Shown here one piece after another: positions 26,584 to 37,767 of a stretch of DNA of 64,000 nt. The DNA is from Phoronis australis (Eukaryota; Animalia; Phoronida). A model generated the notes under the pieces. That model made no database searches. It was not told where the DNA came from and was given only the letters and a program-made list of their open reading frames with translations. Every line of letters starts with the position of its first letter. Position 1 is the first letter of the stretch. The DNA is taken from the NCBI GenBank assembly GCA_002633005.1, contig NMRA01000082.1:1-64000 (forward strand), given 5' to 3'. The translations under genes and the position numbers were made by a program.

Positions 26584-26841
26584 TAGTTTTAGCTGTCATC
26601 GGTCTTGAAACCGCGTCAACCCATCCTGCCTTGATTGTTCTTACTGTGACGACGTACTCAGTGCCAGGAGTCAAGCCGGTGCAAAGTGTGTTGGTATCAG
26701 CCTTGTCAGCAATGAAATGATGGGTGCCGCATGAAACTTTGTATTTGTCTTTAGGTCCAACTGCGGCAGTCCAGGTAACGTCAATTGTCGTTTTAGTTCC
26801 AACCACTTTGGTAATTGTAGCTGCAGCTAGCTGTGTGCCGT
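26584..26841 (-). CDS. FN3 domain exon (type A)
   Basis: ctcag acceptor, gtgagt donor, 258 nt phase 1-1; DGTQLAAATIT..IDVTWTAA..KYKVSCG..CTGLTPGTEYVVTVRTIKAGW..AKT. Confidence 0.85.
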
Positions 26842-26977
26842 CTGAGATGCATACAAAAGCGTAAAACCTAGAGCGTTGATACGCACTCACCGTGTACGTC
26901 ACGTACAACACAGATTTTAAGCTAAGGGATGCCTACTTTTAAAAACTCCCATGACTTAACAATACTGTTAAACTTAA

Positions 26978-28628
26978 AGGAGAGTGCTACTCAAGAAAAA
27001 AAAAACAAGTTTGTATCAATTTAGATTGAGTAGTTCCACTCGATAACAGCAAGTTCAGTTCTTTCACCTGACACCGGACCAATGATGTCACAGGTTCGGG
27101 CGTAGCCTGTTCAGCAGCTCACAACACGCTTAATGGTGTCAGCTTATAGCTTAAAGTCATCGTTTTACACCAAAAAATCATCAAAATTCGATGTAAAATC
27201 CTTACAAATACATCGAGTTCTTGAACAAACGTGTTGTTTTACTTCGCTGTTACTGATTTATAGGTATATTTAGTTGAACGTACCGTAGCCTACAAATTAT
27301 GAAAGGGCAATTTACTACGGTTGATTGCGTGAGTTTGGGGTCTGTTTGGTGATAAATTCGAATTATTTTCCCGTAGAATACAGGCAGGATAACATAACTG
27401 TGTGTTGTAGTTTTAGACTTGAGATTTTTTTAAGATCTAAACACACAAAACGCTTGTTATCTGGAATCCTAATCCGATTAGGCCCGCCACCCGCGTACTG
27501 AAGACATAACGAACATAAGCCAGCCAAATTTAGAAACTAAACTTCCATTCACGAAAAGACTATACTAGTGAGCGTGATTATTTTGGTGAGATAGCCGCGA
27601 AACTGTAAATCTACTAACACGTCGGGGGCCGTGAAGTCACCGAGGTTCCCCATTCACAGAACCGTCGGGGCAAAAGTTGTACAATAACAATGATTCGAAT
27701 AATGTATATCTATATCGAAATAAAAATTCCCCATAGCGTATTGTTATTGTTTCACAACAGTTTTCTGTCACCACACACTGGATTAACATGCGTTCACACG
27801 GCCGCGGTGCCCGGTCAATTAGCTTTATTGCATCTAACACCGGTAACACAGTAATTTGCTCACTGCTGGCTGCTCAAAACATTTGAAAAGGAATTACAAA
27901 TTGTATCTATTGTGACAGTCTTTGACAGGTTGTTTCAGTTTGATATAAGAACTGGTTAGGGTGAGAATAATTCATTTTGAACCAGAACACACAATAATAA
28001 ATGTCAGCATGGCAACATGGCGACTTACACGAGTACTCAACCAACGAAGATGTCACAGGTGGATCGTTAGGTTTCACAGGCCATCAGTCCGAACCGGAAC
28101 ATACTGATCAAAAATACTACAGTAAGCGCTGTGAACGTGCACAGGCAACGCAACGTTTGAATGACTTGTGTTGGTGTCTGTGCGATAACTACACGATAAT
28201 GGAAACGACCGACGCTTGCGTTTGCTGCAACGAAATTCTCCAAGTGAAACGCCTTCTTGTCAACAAAATGCTGGCCACAGATACGGAGATGTTTCACGGC
28301 CTCATACTTGATATTGACGGCGTACTTTTCATTCTTCACTGCCGCGAGCCTCTTCCAAACATTTCGGACTCTCGAGGAAATCGAAAAAAAAACAACATAC
28401 CCGGTTTCCTCGCAGATTCATAGTTCACACAAGCGGGAACGATACACCACACCATAGCGGGACTCAGTCAGCAGAAGGACCACTGACGCCGCAGCGATGT
28501 TAACTCACCTTCCTCACAGGTTAACGCGACACCTCTCGACGTGTTAACAACGACTGTATAAGAGGTGATGTGGATATAGACCGATTAAGACTGTATAAAA
28601 GACTAATTAAATCGGATGGCATTCTCCT
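26978..28628 (-). mobile_element. Kolobok-type element, internally deleted (family B)
   Basis: TTAA at 26974-26977 and 28629-28632; termini AGGAGAGTGC / GCATTCTCCT; minus-strand THAP remnant MVWCIVPACVNY..RFP..VKNEK..LRICGQHF (28455-28260) converging on plus-strand KolX remnant ..SEPEH..WCLCDNY..CVCCNE (28001-28258). Confidence 0.8.
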
Positions 28629-28949
28629 TTAATGGATGAGAGATTCAGATTATCAGTGTAGTCTGAGAAACAGAAGCGAAATTTGATTAGGCCAAAACGT
28701 ACATTGGGTCCTAGTGTTCACTTTGACTCATTTTGAGATCTCTGCTAATGCCATTGCAACTAGCATCGATTTTAGCCAAGATCCTGTGTTCTTTTGAAAA
28801 GTTGGTGGAAGGCACGTAAGCAAGGGCAAGCGGTGCTTGAAGCGCTATGAATTTTCAAGAGATGGGTAAAAAATTCCACGTTTTCAAATAAGAGAAAACT
28901 AAAAATACTGCACTACCACCAGGCCTCGGTCTTCCAAAAAGATTGATGC

Positions 28950-29660
28950 GATCTATAGTTTTGGTTGGATAAGCCTGCTTGAGTATGCGATTAAGGTGGT
29001 ACCAGACTTTGGAATGCCAACATGTTCTTTTGGAGACGGTAATATTGCGCACTGCCAGACTGAAGTATGCGATTGCTTTGCAAGCGCCCCTTCACCAATA
29101 CACAAATGTATCCGGAAGTCCATCTCACAGTGTACGTTCATGCCTTTGTGATCGCTGTAGATTATGTACTAGATTTTACGATTCATTGGAAACTCGGCAC
29201 TGTGTACCTCGTAAATAAATTTGTTCAATTTCGTTCTTAGGGGTCAGTTTTGAGTTTTAACCTGGAGTTCCAGTTGGTCGGCGATGGTGACTAGATGTGT
29301 GCGATGAATTATCTGAACACTGAGGCTGGACTTTCTTATGTTTTGTTCATACACTTTCAAGGCACTGAGTGTTATTTGTTAATGTGGCGAGCCTTTGCTA
29401 CGGTGTGGACAGCAGCGTCTAATGTATGGAACTTGACTGTATTATTTTGGTGCACTGGTGGAGACTGTGGAACGTGTGAGGACGCCTTGGTGATGAACAC
29501 TGAAGATGCCGCAAGTTTCAAGTTTTGGACTGTTGGTGCTGACGCTCGACCCTGTTTTCGTCCCAAGTTTCGTATAACTTGTCAACATGTTTGTAGATAT
29601 GTAAATATATGTTTATTTTGATCAGGATCACTAAAAAGTGGTTATTTTCGTTCATATTAC
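28950..29660 (+). mobile_element. Highly decayed Gypsy-like integrase remnant (probable part of the TatD-bearing element)
   Basis: Frameshifted YVHAFV..RCRLC (H2C2 half) at ~29133-29170 followed by SF..GVP..R..D; 29540-29655 is shared with 61643-61755. Confidence 0.4.
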
Positions 29661-30436
29661 TGTAACAGTTCAGTGGACCAGAGTGTCTGCACGGCTAGCA
29701 GAATGACCTGCGTTCGAGTCCCGGCTGGGGCAAAAATCTTTTAAGACTTATATTCATCAGGTCAAGTGATGTGACCAGAGGTGGCGTGCTGATCAGACTT
29801 AAAAAAAAGTTTGCAGTATGTATCCCCATGCCTTTTTATACAAGACATTGGAACACAAAATCAAAAGAAATGTCTTACCAATTTCTTTGGGCAGCGTGCT
29901 CAAACTCGCTGTAATCCAGAATACGAAATGGAAACCTGTTTGGAAGAAACATCATTACCTATAATCGCTACAAACTATTAGGAATACGACAATGCTCTTG
30001 GTTCTGAGTACTATCAATGCTTACATGGTCTTAATTTATATACAGGACACGATGTGGTTCGCAAGCGCTATTTCAACGGTAATAGAATAGAACAGCAACT
30101 GACTTTCTGAAACCTCTCTGAGGTAGTGGCGTGTCACATCTTGGTCAATTTACAACGACCTCTTGTGTATTTACATGGTCACGACGTTTCGGTCAGTCTA
30201 TTCTCCGGTCATCGTCAGACGTTCCTGCGTTTTTAAAAGAACGAGAACGTATGCGTTGTACGCTCATCATGGTGCGACTTTTGTGATCATATGCTGTTCG
30301 AGGAAGGATTTGAACCCACGACTTCAGAAACTACACACATATTTTAGTCCAGCATATTAAGGCTATACCACGGAGTCATCCATTTACTTAGAGGGAATTT
30401 TTTTATACTTAAATCTTTCTAAGTAGACTGAAACAA

Positions 30437-30780
30437 GTGTCACGTGGTTGTGATGTACATAAATATATCTTGTTGAAGTCTTTTGTACTTCCACATCTAA
30501 TTTTCTGTGATATAATCTACCAATCACCAAACGCAGGCACACTTCTTCAATTAGAAAGACTACGATATGGCAGATTTAGCCTTAACAGTTTTAGTGGCAA
30601 AATCGCGGAAATCGTGTCCAACGTGGCTTAATCGGGAGATCATAGTGGTGAAACTGTTACACCGGGTGTTCAAAGTACGACTTCTAAGATCTGTGGGAAA
30701 TTGCTGTGTAACCATGATAAATCAAAAAATGCAACAACAGTACTTCAGCCAATTGGATTCTTAAATTGAGATCTTAAAAT
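30437..30780 (+). mobile_element. CR1/L2-like LINE RT C-terminal fragment
   Basis: KYILLKSFVLPHLIFCDIIY..LLQLERL resembles the LY.SFV.PHL.YC..W..LE.LQ motif. Confidence 0.55.
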
Positions 30781-31969
30781 AATTTGCTTCCAGCAGAGTA
30801 AACCAAGGTCTTGGCGCGGAACACAAAATTATGCTGTATTTGGATCATGCACGAAGCGACAGCTCACCTATGTTGCGATGTGACAATTGCCGCCAGTGGT
30901 ACCATTTGTGGTGTTTTAGATAAACATAAGAAGAGGCATTGATCCCAACTTGTTCGATTGTATAGCCCAACAACAAGTTGGGGAGTTTACTCCCGTAGCC
31001 AATTAACTCCATTCTGGCGTTGATGGTTGGAGGGCCTGCCTCTTTCGTTTGATAACTGCTCTAATCTCCCATCAGATCGTATCTAGCCTGACTGGGGTGG
31101 GCTGATAAAAATGAAAGTTAAGTTAAGCCAGATATTATCGCACGTTCAGCACCCCTCACGTCTGGAAAAGGTACTGAACGACAGGACGCTGTAAAAAGCT
31201 TGCCGAGTTTCTGTTGCTCGCTGTGTGATGGTTCATGGCTATTTGTTAATTAATGGTTGGGTTAGAATTGCCATTTTGGCTTATTCCTTGTACATGTAGA
31301 TAAAAGTCCAGCGTTATTCATAGAAAGCATCTTGTTTAGAAGTGAAATTCGTATTGAATTTCATACAAATTAGATTCCTTGTTATACATGTATTTTCACA
31401 ACCTTAGCTCTCTATTTACTCTTCCTCGCGCCTCCTCGACTTCAAGAGTTTGAGAAGAGCAAAGTATTTTAGTTATATACTTGCGAATCTCACCCTGTTT
31501 TATAACTGTCTGATGTGGAGTAACACTTAAGTTCTTATGCACATCAACAAAAAAGTATAAGTTCAGCACTATTTCTAACTTTCCAATCCCATTCCTGGAA
31601 AGCGCAGTCTGTAACTCTGAGTAAATATTTTTTTTTTAATACACCAATGTTGCCAACATTTTGTTGTGCCCAAACAAAGCCAAAATCATATCTCTGTAGT
31701 AAATGTTTGATACAGGTGGCTCAGAGTTTCTTACCACTGTCATACAATGACTTCAACATATTATAGAATTCTCTGGGATATCTGTACTCTGGCATTTCTT
31801 GTAATCGTAACCATTATTTTACACATGCTGTAAAGTACTTAACATACAAACGATAACATCAGAATAGTTAGTATATGACTTAATGACAGGTTTTTCATAA
31901 TAATTATCTGACAGAAGAGCAACACCTCCTGAATATCTACCGAGGACAGAGTTCCTAGCTCTACAATTT

Positions 31970-32960
31970 TCATAGACTAGAAAATTTCCAAAGTACCTGT
32001 GTACTTCATTGCTGTTTTAGACCATTTTTCCCTTATTCAAACAATTCATGAATGTCTGGTCTCTATTCAAAACCTTTGTTTCCAAACCTAGTGCATTTCA
32101 CGCCGCGACCCTCAAATCCCTGGCGTTGCATGATAGGCCATCGGCCTGTTTACTATTTGTGTTGACTTGGGCTCCCATGCCAGCGGGGTTTTACTTTCAC
32201 TTGGTCTTCCAGTTCGTCATAAATGTACGAGTTTATCAAATCGAATGCTGGCAATGTCGAGTTGCTCTCTTTGAGAACTGCCACAACTTTTTGCGGGCTG
32301 TACGTGCGCGTTGCGAAAGATCTTCTGTTATGAACATATCTGATCCAGTGAGTTTCCTGCGATTTTTCATCTCCGATTTCACATTTGGAGCGACTTTGAC
32401 TATTATTGGTCGAGCTCTGCCATGTATTTTTTCCTAATTGATTTGTTCTCTCAATATTTATATCTAACCCCATATGTTCTTTGACTACATACTTGATGAT
32501 GGACTCACATTTTCCACAGTTTTGTTCTTCAAATTCAGTTACGTCGTGAATAATAATATTGCCACAACGTGAACTATTTTCAAGATCATCGACTTCATTT
32601 CGAATCTTGCCACTTTGTTATGTAAGATGACGTTTTTTTCTTGGGTCTTCCAGTTCATTACGTAACTGATTTACCTTAACTTCCATTTTATCACACCAAC
32701 CTTTCAGGGAATTCAACAGTTCTCTGTTCATGAGATATTGTTGGGATTGTACAAAGTCGGCGTTGGCTTTTGATTGATGGTTTGCACTGACAGGTGTTTT
32801 GGGTTTTGCTATTCAATAGTCGTTTTTTGTGTTTTGGGCTATCTTAAAATAACGCAGAATACTGATTTTGAATTAATGTTTGATTTAAGATCAGCTTTAC
32901 AACAGTGGATTCTCTGCGCTACATCGAGGTGAGCAAGGCCACCTTGATCTGGGAGGTTGG
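31970..32960 (-). mobile_element. LINE ORF1 (L1 transposase_22-like) remnant
   Basis: Frameshifted VDDLENSSR..NIIIHDV.E.EE..NIER..LGK..PIIVK..RKLTGSDMFITEDLS. Confidence 0.65.
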
Positions 32961-33049
32961 TTTTTCAATCAGCCGTCGACTCTTGTGCTAGCTGAAGTGG
33001 CTGTTCACGGAGTTGGTTCTCCTGTTTGTTTAGGAACTTATCTGTGTAG

Positions 33050-34740
33050 AAGAGAGACGTGTGTTGTTTGCACACGTACCAACCATTCTAGATTCCAGTT
33101 GTGATGGAACAGTTCGACCGCCAAGGGACCCTGCGTCGAATGCCTAGTATTGTAAAGATGAGCGTGACCGGTCAGCGCTCTTCGCTCTATGGTCACCGAA
33201 TGTTGGGGAGTAAACGGTTCCCGGTCTCCAGTTGCAACATTGTTGATTGTGGCCTTAGGCAGTCATGTTTGGGCGCGTCATCTACCAGCCGAGGAGACAG
33301 ATATCGAGTTTGAATGAGAAGACACGTGCTTTCATGTACTCATTGTGAAGGTCTTGGGGTTACAGTAGCTGGTGCAACTGGATGTGATGGTCCGTCGTCG
33401 GTTGCGTGCCCAATCGGAGATCAGGTCAGTCTTGTCGGCGGCTTTCATCGCGTTAGTAGCGTATGCAAATGGCTCTCTTTCTCTCAGTTTTCCTGAAACA
33501 TTTTTGCGGAAAAGCATTTTCACGGCCTGCTGCCGTGTCGTACCCTGTGATGTTGCGTTGGATCTTGGAGCAGATTGTACCGTGAAGTTTTGCTCTTGAT
33601 TGAAGGAGATGATTCGAACTCCTTCTAAGTTGCCGGAAGATCAGAGTCCAGTCTGATTTGGGCGTGGAATCCCAGTCCGCAGGAGATATGGAAGAGGATA
33701 GTGGTTTGAGAGTTCTGGATGATATGATCTTGGTTTCGGACACTGAAGAACTGACCGCGGATTCCTTGACCGTGAGTTACACGCAGCTTCGGAAACAACA
33801 TGAAATGAGTTCCAAGTTCAACACTTACATTCATTTTGTTCGTGCGTGGAGTGCACAGTTATCGGAGGATTCGTGGCGGTGCTTTTTGGAGCGACCAGTG
33901 GACAGTCCGGTGGAAGTGTCCATTCTTTGTGGAGAAGAGGCTTACCGCGATGCCCATGCACGCACGAGTATTGGGTTCCTGGAGAATCCCAATTTTAAGG
34001 TTGTCGTTTGATTTCACACGTGGAAGGTGACAGCGGAGACCAATCCGAGTGAGGTGCTTCGTTTTTAAGAGGATAGCCACGTCATAAATTTTGAAGAGGT
34101 CGGATTATATCTGAAGCGAAATTATGACGTGTCGACGCACTCGGAGTTCTTGAGTGAGCGAATGCCACGATATCCATGGACCAACCGGTACTTCTATTCC
34201 GTCGTGATCGTCGCCAGAGTGTGAAGCCGCGGAATGGCTGCGGGTTGGCTACTCATCGAAATTTCTCGTAATTACCGCGCAAAATTGGAATTCTGTTACC
34301 ATGTTCAAAGATACTCTGACATATAATATCTTTGCCATGTTTTTTTCCGAGGCGATGTCTGAAGTACGTGAGTGGGTCTAAAATTTACCGATCACCTTAC
34401 TTTCGATAGGCAGCATACCATTCGCCAGATGATGCGGAATCCATTGCGCAGATCCCTTCGCACTGGCTGTTGATTGAAACGGACGCGCCGCATTTCCAGT
34501 GCTAACCTGATGCGTGTGACCAGACATCCCCATACTGTATACTGGTAATCGTGGGCGCTTGCGTTGCAGAATTGCGTCAGGCAACATTCTACAGGATAAT
34601 AGATAGTACCTTGTGCGAACGAAAAAAAATCAGATTTCGCAGGTTTTTGTAGTTGGAAGTTTGAGCGAAAATGGAATTTCGTTTATAAGGTAATCATAAT
34701 ATTTTCAAGTTTGTTTTTAACATAGGTTATATAGTTTCAC
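33050..34740 (+). pseudogene. TatD-family nuclease pseudogene within an LTR-element remnant
   Basis: In TatD order: V*FHTW (GxHP motif, ~34006), VINFEEVGLY (GExGLDY, 34081-34110), PVLLFRRD (PxxxHxR, ~34185-34208), IAQIPSHWLLIETDAPHF (IPxxxLLxETDAP, 34443-34497); upstream RRHVL zinc-finger-like remnant. Confidence 0.7.
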
Positions 34741-37339
34741 CATAGACTATAGTACGTGAACCGCCAACTCCGTATACTTTCAATGGACGAAATATGTGCT
34801 GTTTCGCACAAGCCGTTACGTCATTATTCACTATTGTCACCTGGCCAAATTATCCGGTGTTATTTCCAGTAAGTACGTCGTCTGCTAATCATGGTCAGTT
34901 GTTGTGTGGCTGGGTGTGCGGCCACAAAGGCAAAATGCAAAGGCGTTAGCTTCCATAGCGTACGGAGACCCCATAATCTGCTCTAGGAGAAAAACCTTAT
35001 GTCTTGTATAACGTTAATGAAAATAATACTTTATATATATATGCTCAGGACATTTTGATGATGGATGTTTTTTACTACCACCAATGACTTAAATGTAATT
35101 CTATCTCACATATCTATTGCCCTTTTTGATGAATATTACCTGAGATTTTTTGACGAAAATTGCCCGCTAAGTTTTTTTAAAAGATAGTGATTCACGAACT
35201 CCAGTCCTTACGAGGAACTTAAGTCATAGTCTAGTGTGCAAGTTAACCAGATTAGTCATCTTCGAGAGCACTAATCAGGCGGTTACTATCTCATCAGAAT
35301 GCGCGCATTTCTTCAGGATTTGGATCACCGATTTAGCCGATTTATAAATCCAGGACCGTAGCCAGCATTTCGTGGGGGATGGTTCGTATTTCTAGTACGG
35401 TGGGCCTTTGATATTTTGCAAATGTCGACACTATACTTTTCAGTAAGGCCTTTGACGCAGCTTAAAGCCCGTTTTTTCTTTAATACCCGATTTTGTTTTT
35501 CAGCAAAAGGTCCATACTCTCGAAAATTCGAGTAACCCTATATTTCAGGCCTGGGTCAGGTTTCAAGCTCCTCACCTCGGTTTTAACAATATATTAATAA
35601 AGCATAAAAATGGTTCCAAGTAATCAGTGCAACGGGCCCACATGCACTGCCTGTACACGTCTGGTACAACGTGCATCAGACCGCCTGCAATCATTTTTAT
35701 GCAGCTTCTGATTTAAACAAGGGCTTCGTTTTTAAGTTTGGTCCGTAAAAATAACGCCACAGACCTGGAAGTCCAGCGAAACACTTCTTTGTACCTTACA
35801 AATGCGACAATCTCTTGAGCACCTGGCAAAAGATACTAATGATAATCATCCACTTTGTTTATTTACTTCACCTACACAATATGAAATAGCCGGTAAAATG
35901 AAGCCCATTCGAGTAAGCACCATGTGGGTCCCTCTAGCAACCTCAATATGGCAGAACCCAACAAGCTCAAGTTGCGAACAAATCAGGATTGGCATAAATA
36001 TGAAAATTTACTGTATCAATAGATTGGCCAAATAAGAGTAAGATACAAAGGGTTGCTACAGTACACACGTGCACAATACTTGGTCTATCATTTTCCCGCC
36101 GTAACTGCATGAACCAATCGGATCACCAACAGCGCAGTTTTCGAAAACAAGCTTGATTCTGAGGGAGTCCTGTCGTGGCTCTAATCATTTTCAAAATTTT
36201 ATTGTGTTACATTTAATTGATGTACTTTTCAACTCAATGAGGCCACTTGATATAAATGCATTCAACTAGATTAATGCATTGTAAAGACCAAAAATTATGC
36301 TCTATCAACATTAGACAAAATCAGTACACCCCTTTCTTAAAAATAGGTTAAATTAACAAAGGACACAATTTTCCATCACTTGGAACGTCGATTTTCGACA
36401 TGGATGTTGGGGAAGAATATCAGTCTGGCGACAGCAACACGGAATCGTACAAAGGCGATGACTTTCTAAATTTGATTTGTTTTGTTGTATGTCTTTCTTC
36501 CCTGCGGTTCAGGATTTCTTGTTGATCCAGGAACAAGATTTCAACGAGGAAGGGTTTGTGATAACCGTAACATATGCATGTATTTAAGGTGTTACAACTG
36601 TCACCAATATTATCATCTTCTCTGTTTTCATCCAACCCTCCCTGATGAAAACTTAAATGAAGAGGACCTTCAGCACTTGAGTGAGCACGTTATACTCTGT
36701 GATTTCTGTTGAATTATTCAACGGTTCTTTTAAGAACCATTTCACGCTAAACCTAAGGCTCATGCACAGTACAACCAACGGCCCTTTTGAGGGCCACTTA
36801 ACACTTCCCAGAAGAACTGCTCACTTTAGAATGTTGAATTATAAACAACCAAAAGTTAAACCAGTGAAATCGTTCCAGAGGCGTTTTCTTTTTTTAATCC
36901 GAACAAAATCAATAATTTTCTAGAACAAAATCGTTATATAAGTGTCTTTTGCATTCACATGTACTCCTTAGAATTTGTGCACAACTATGCTTTCGTAGTT
37001 TTCCCAGTTCATGAATCACAAACTGTCCGATATGCTACTATTGATTGTGCAAGCAGACTACATAATCAGTCCGCACCGAAGTTTGAATTTTGTAATTAGT
37101 TACCAGTAGCATTACCAAAAGTACTCACGATACCAACAGTTCTACTATTGGAAGACTTTGAACAGCGTTTCAGTGCCAATTTTTTTTTTCGTTGTACTGG
37201 ACATTAAAGTAGATCCAAGGATTTCCCGTCAAAATACATTAACCGGAAACTGCATCAGATAACTTAGGAGAGTGGCGCTACCTCTTGGATAGCACGGAAG
37301 AAAATGTCGGAGTTGCGAATATGTTGTCTATAATCTACG
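34741..37339 (+). mobile_element. P/Galileo-like DNA transposon derivative
   Basis: 7-bp direct repeat GTTTCAC at 34734-34740 and 37340-37346; termini CATAGACTATAG..GCCAACTCCG / CGGAGTTGCG..CTATAATCTACG; THAP remnants MVSCCVAGC..GVSFH (34890-34958) and ICSGHF..CF (~35038-35070); the paralogous site at ~62118 is empty. Confidence 0.75.
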
Positions 37340-37592
37340 GTTTCACTAGTTATGTGTTGCTTTGTTATGTGATACAATAACGTAAGGTAAGCGGGTATGT
37401 TTCATCATTGTTTTGCTTTTGCGGTTGTACACTTAATTCCGGATAATGCACTGCAATATTCTTTTCGTGGGGTTTTGATAATATTACTTCCGGGCGATGA
37501 TTGCATCTTTTTGGGGGGTCTTTTAGTCGAATTGGAACTCAAACTCAAGACGCTCTACCCGACAACTCTTCAACAGATAAGGTGGGGAGCAA

Positions 37593-37767
37593 TGTTGTGA
37601 AGCTTTGGAGCTACATGTATCTCCCGTTTAACAAAGGCAGCGAAGTCCATTCAGAATGCGATTTGGCGTCTCAAAAGACCGTCTACTTCCTTCTTTCTTG
37701 TGTCTTAGTGAACGCAAGTCGTGTTTGTTTTATTAGCATCTTTGGTGAGTTTTTGTCAGTCACAACC
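37593..37767 (+). mobile_element. Putative 3' LTR of the TatD-bearing element
   Basis: Purine tract AAGGTGGGGAGCAA directly precedes TGTTGTGA; ends TCACAACC (one mismatch to the inverted terminus); diverged copy at ~62380-62560. Confidence 0.55.
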
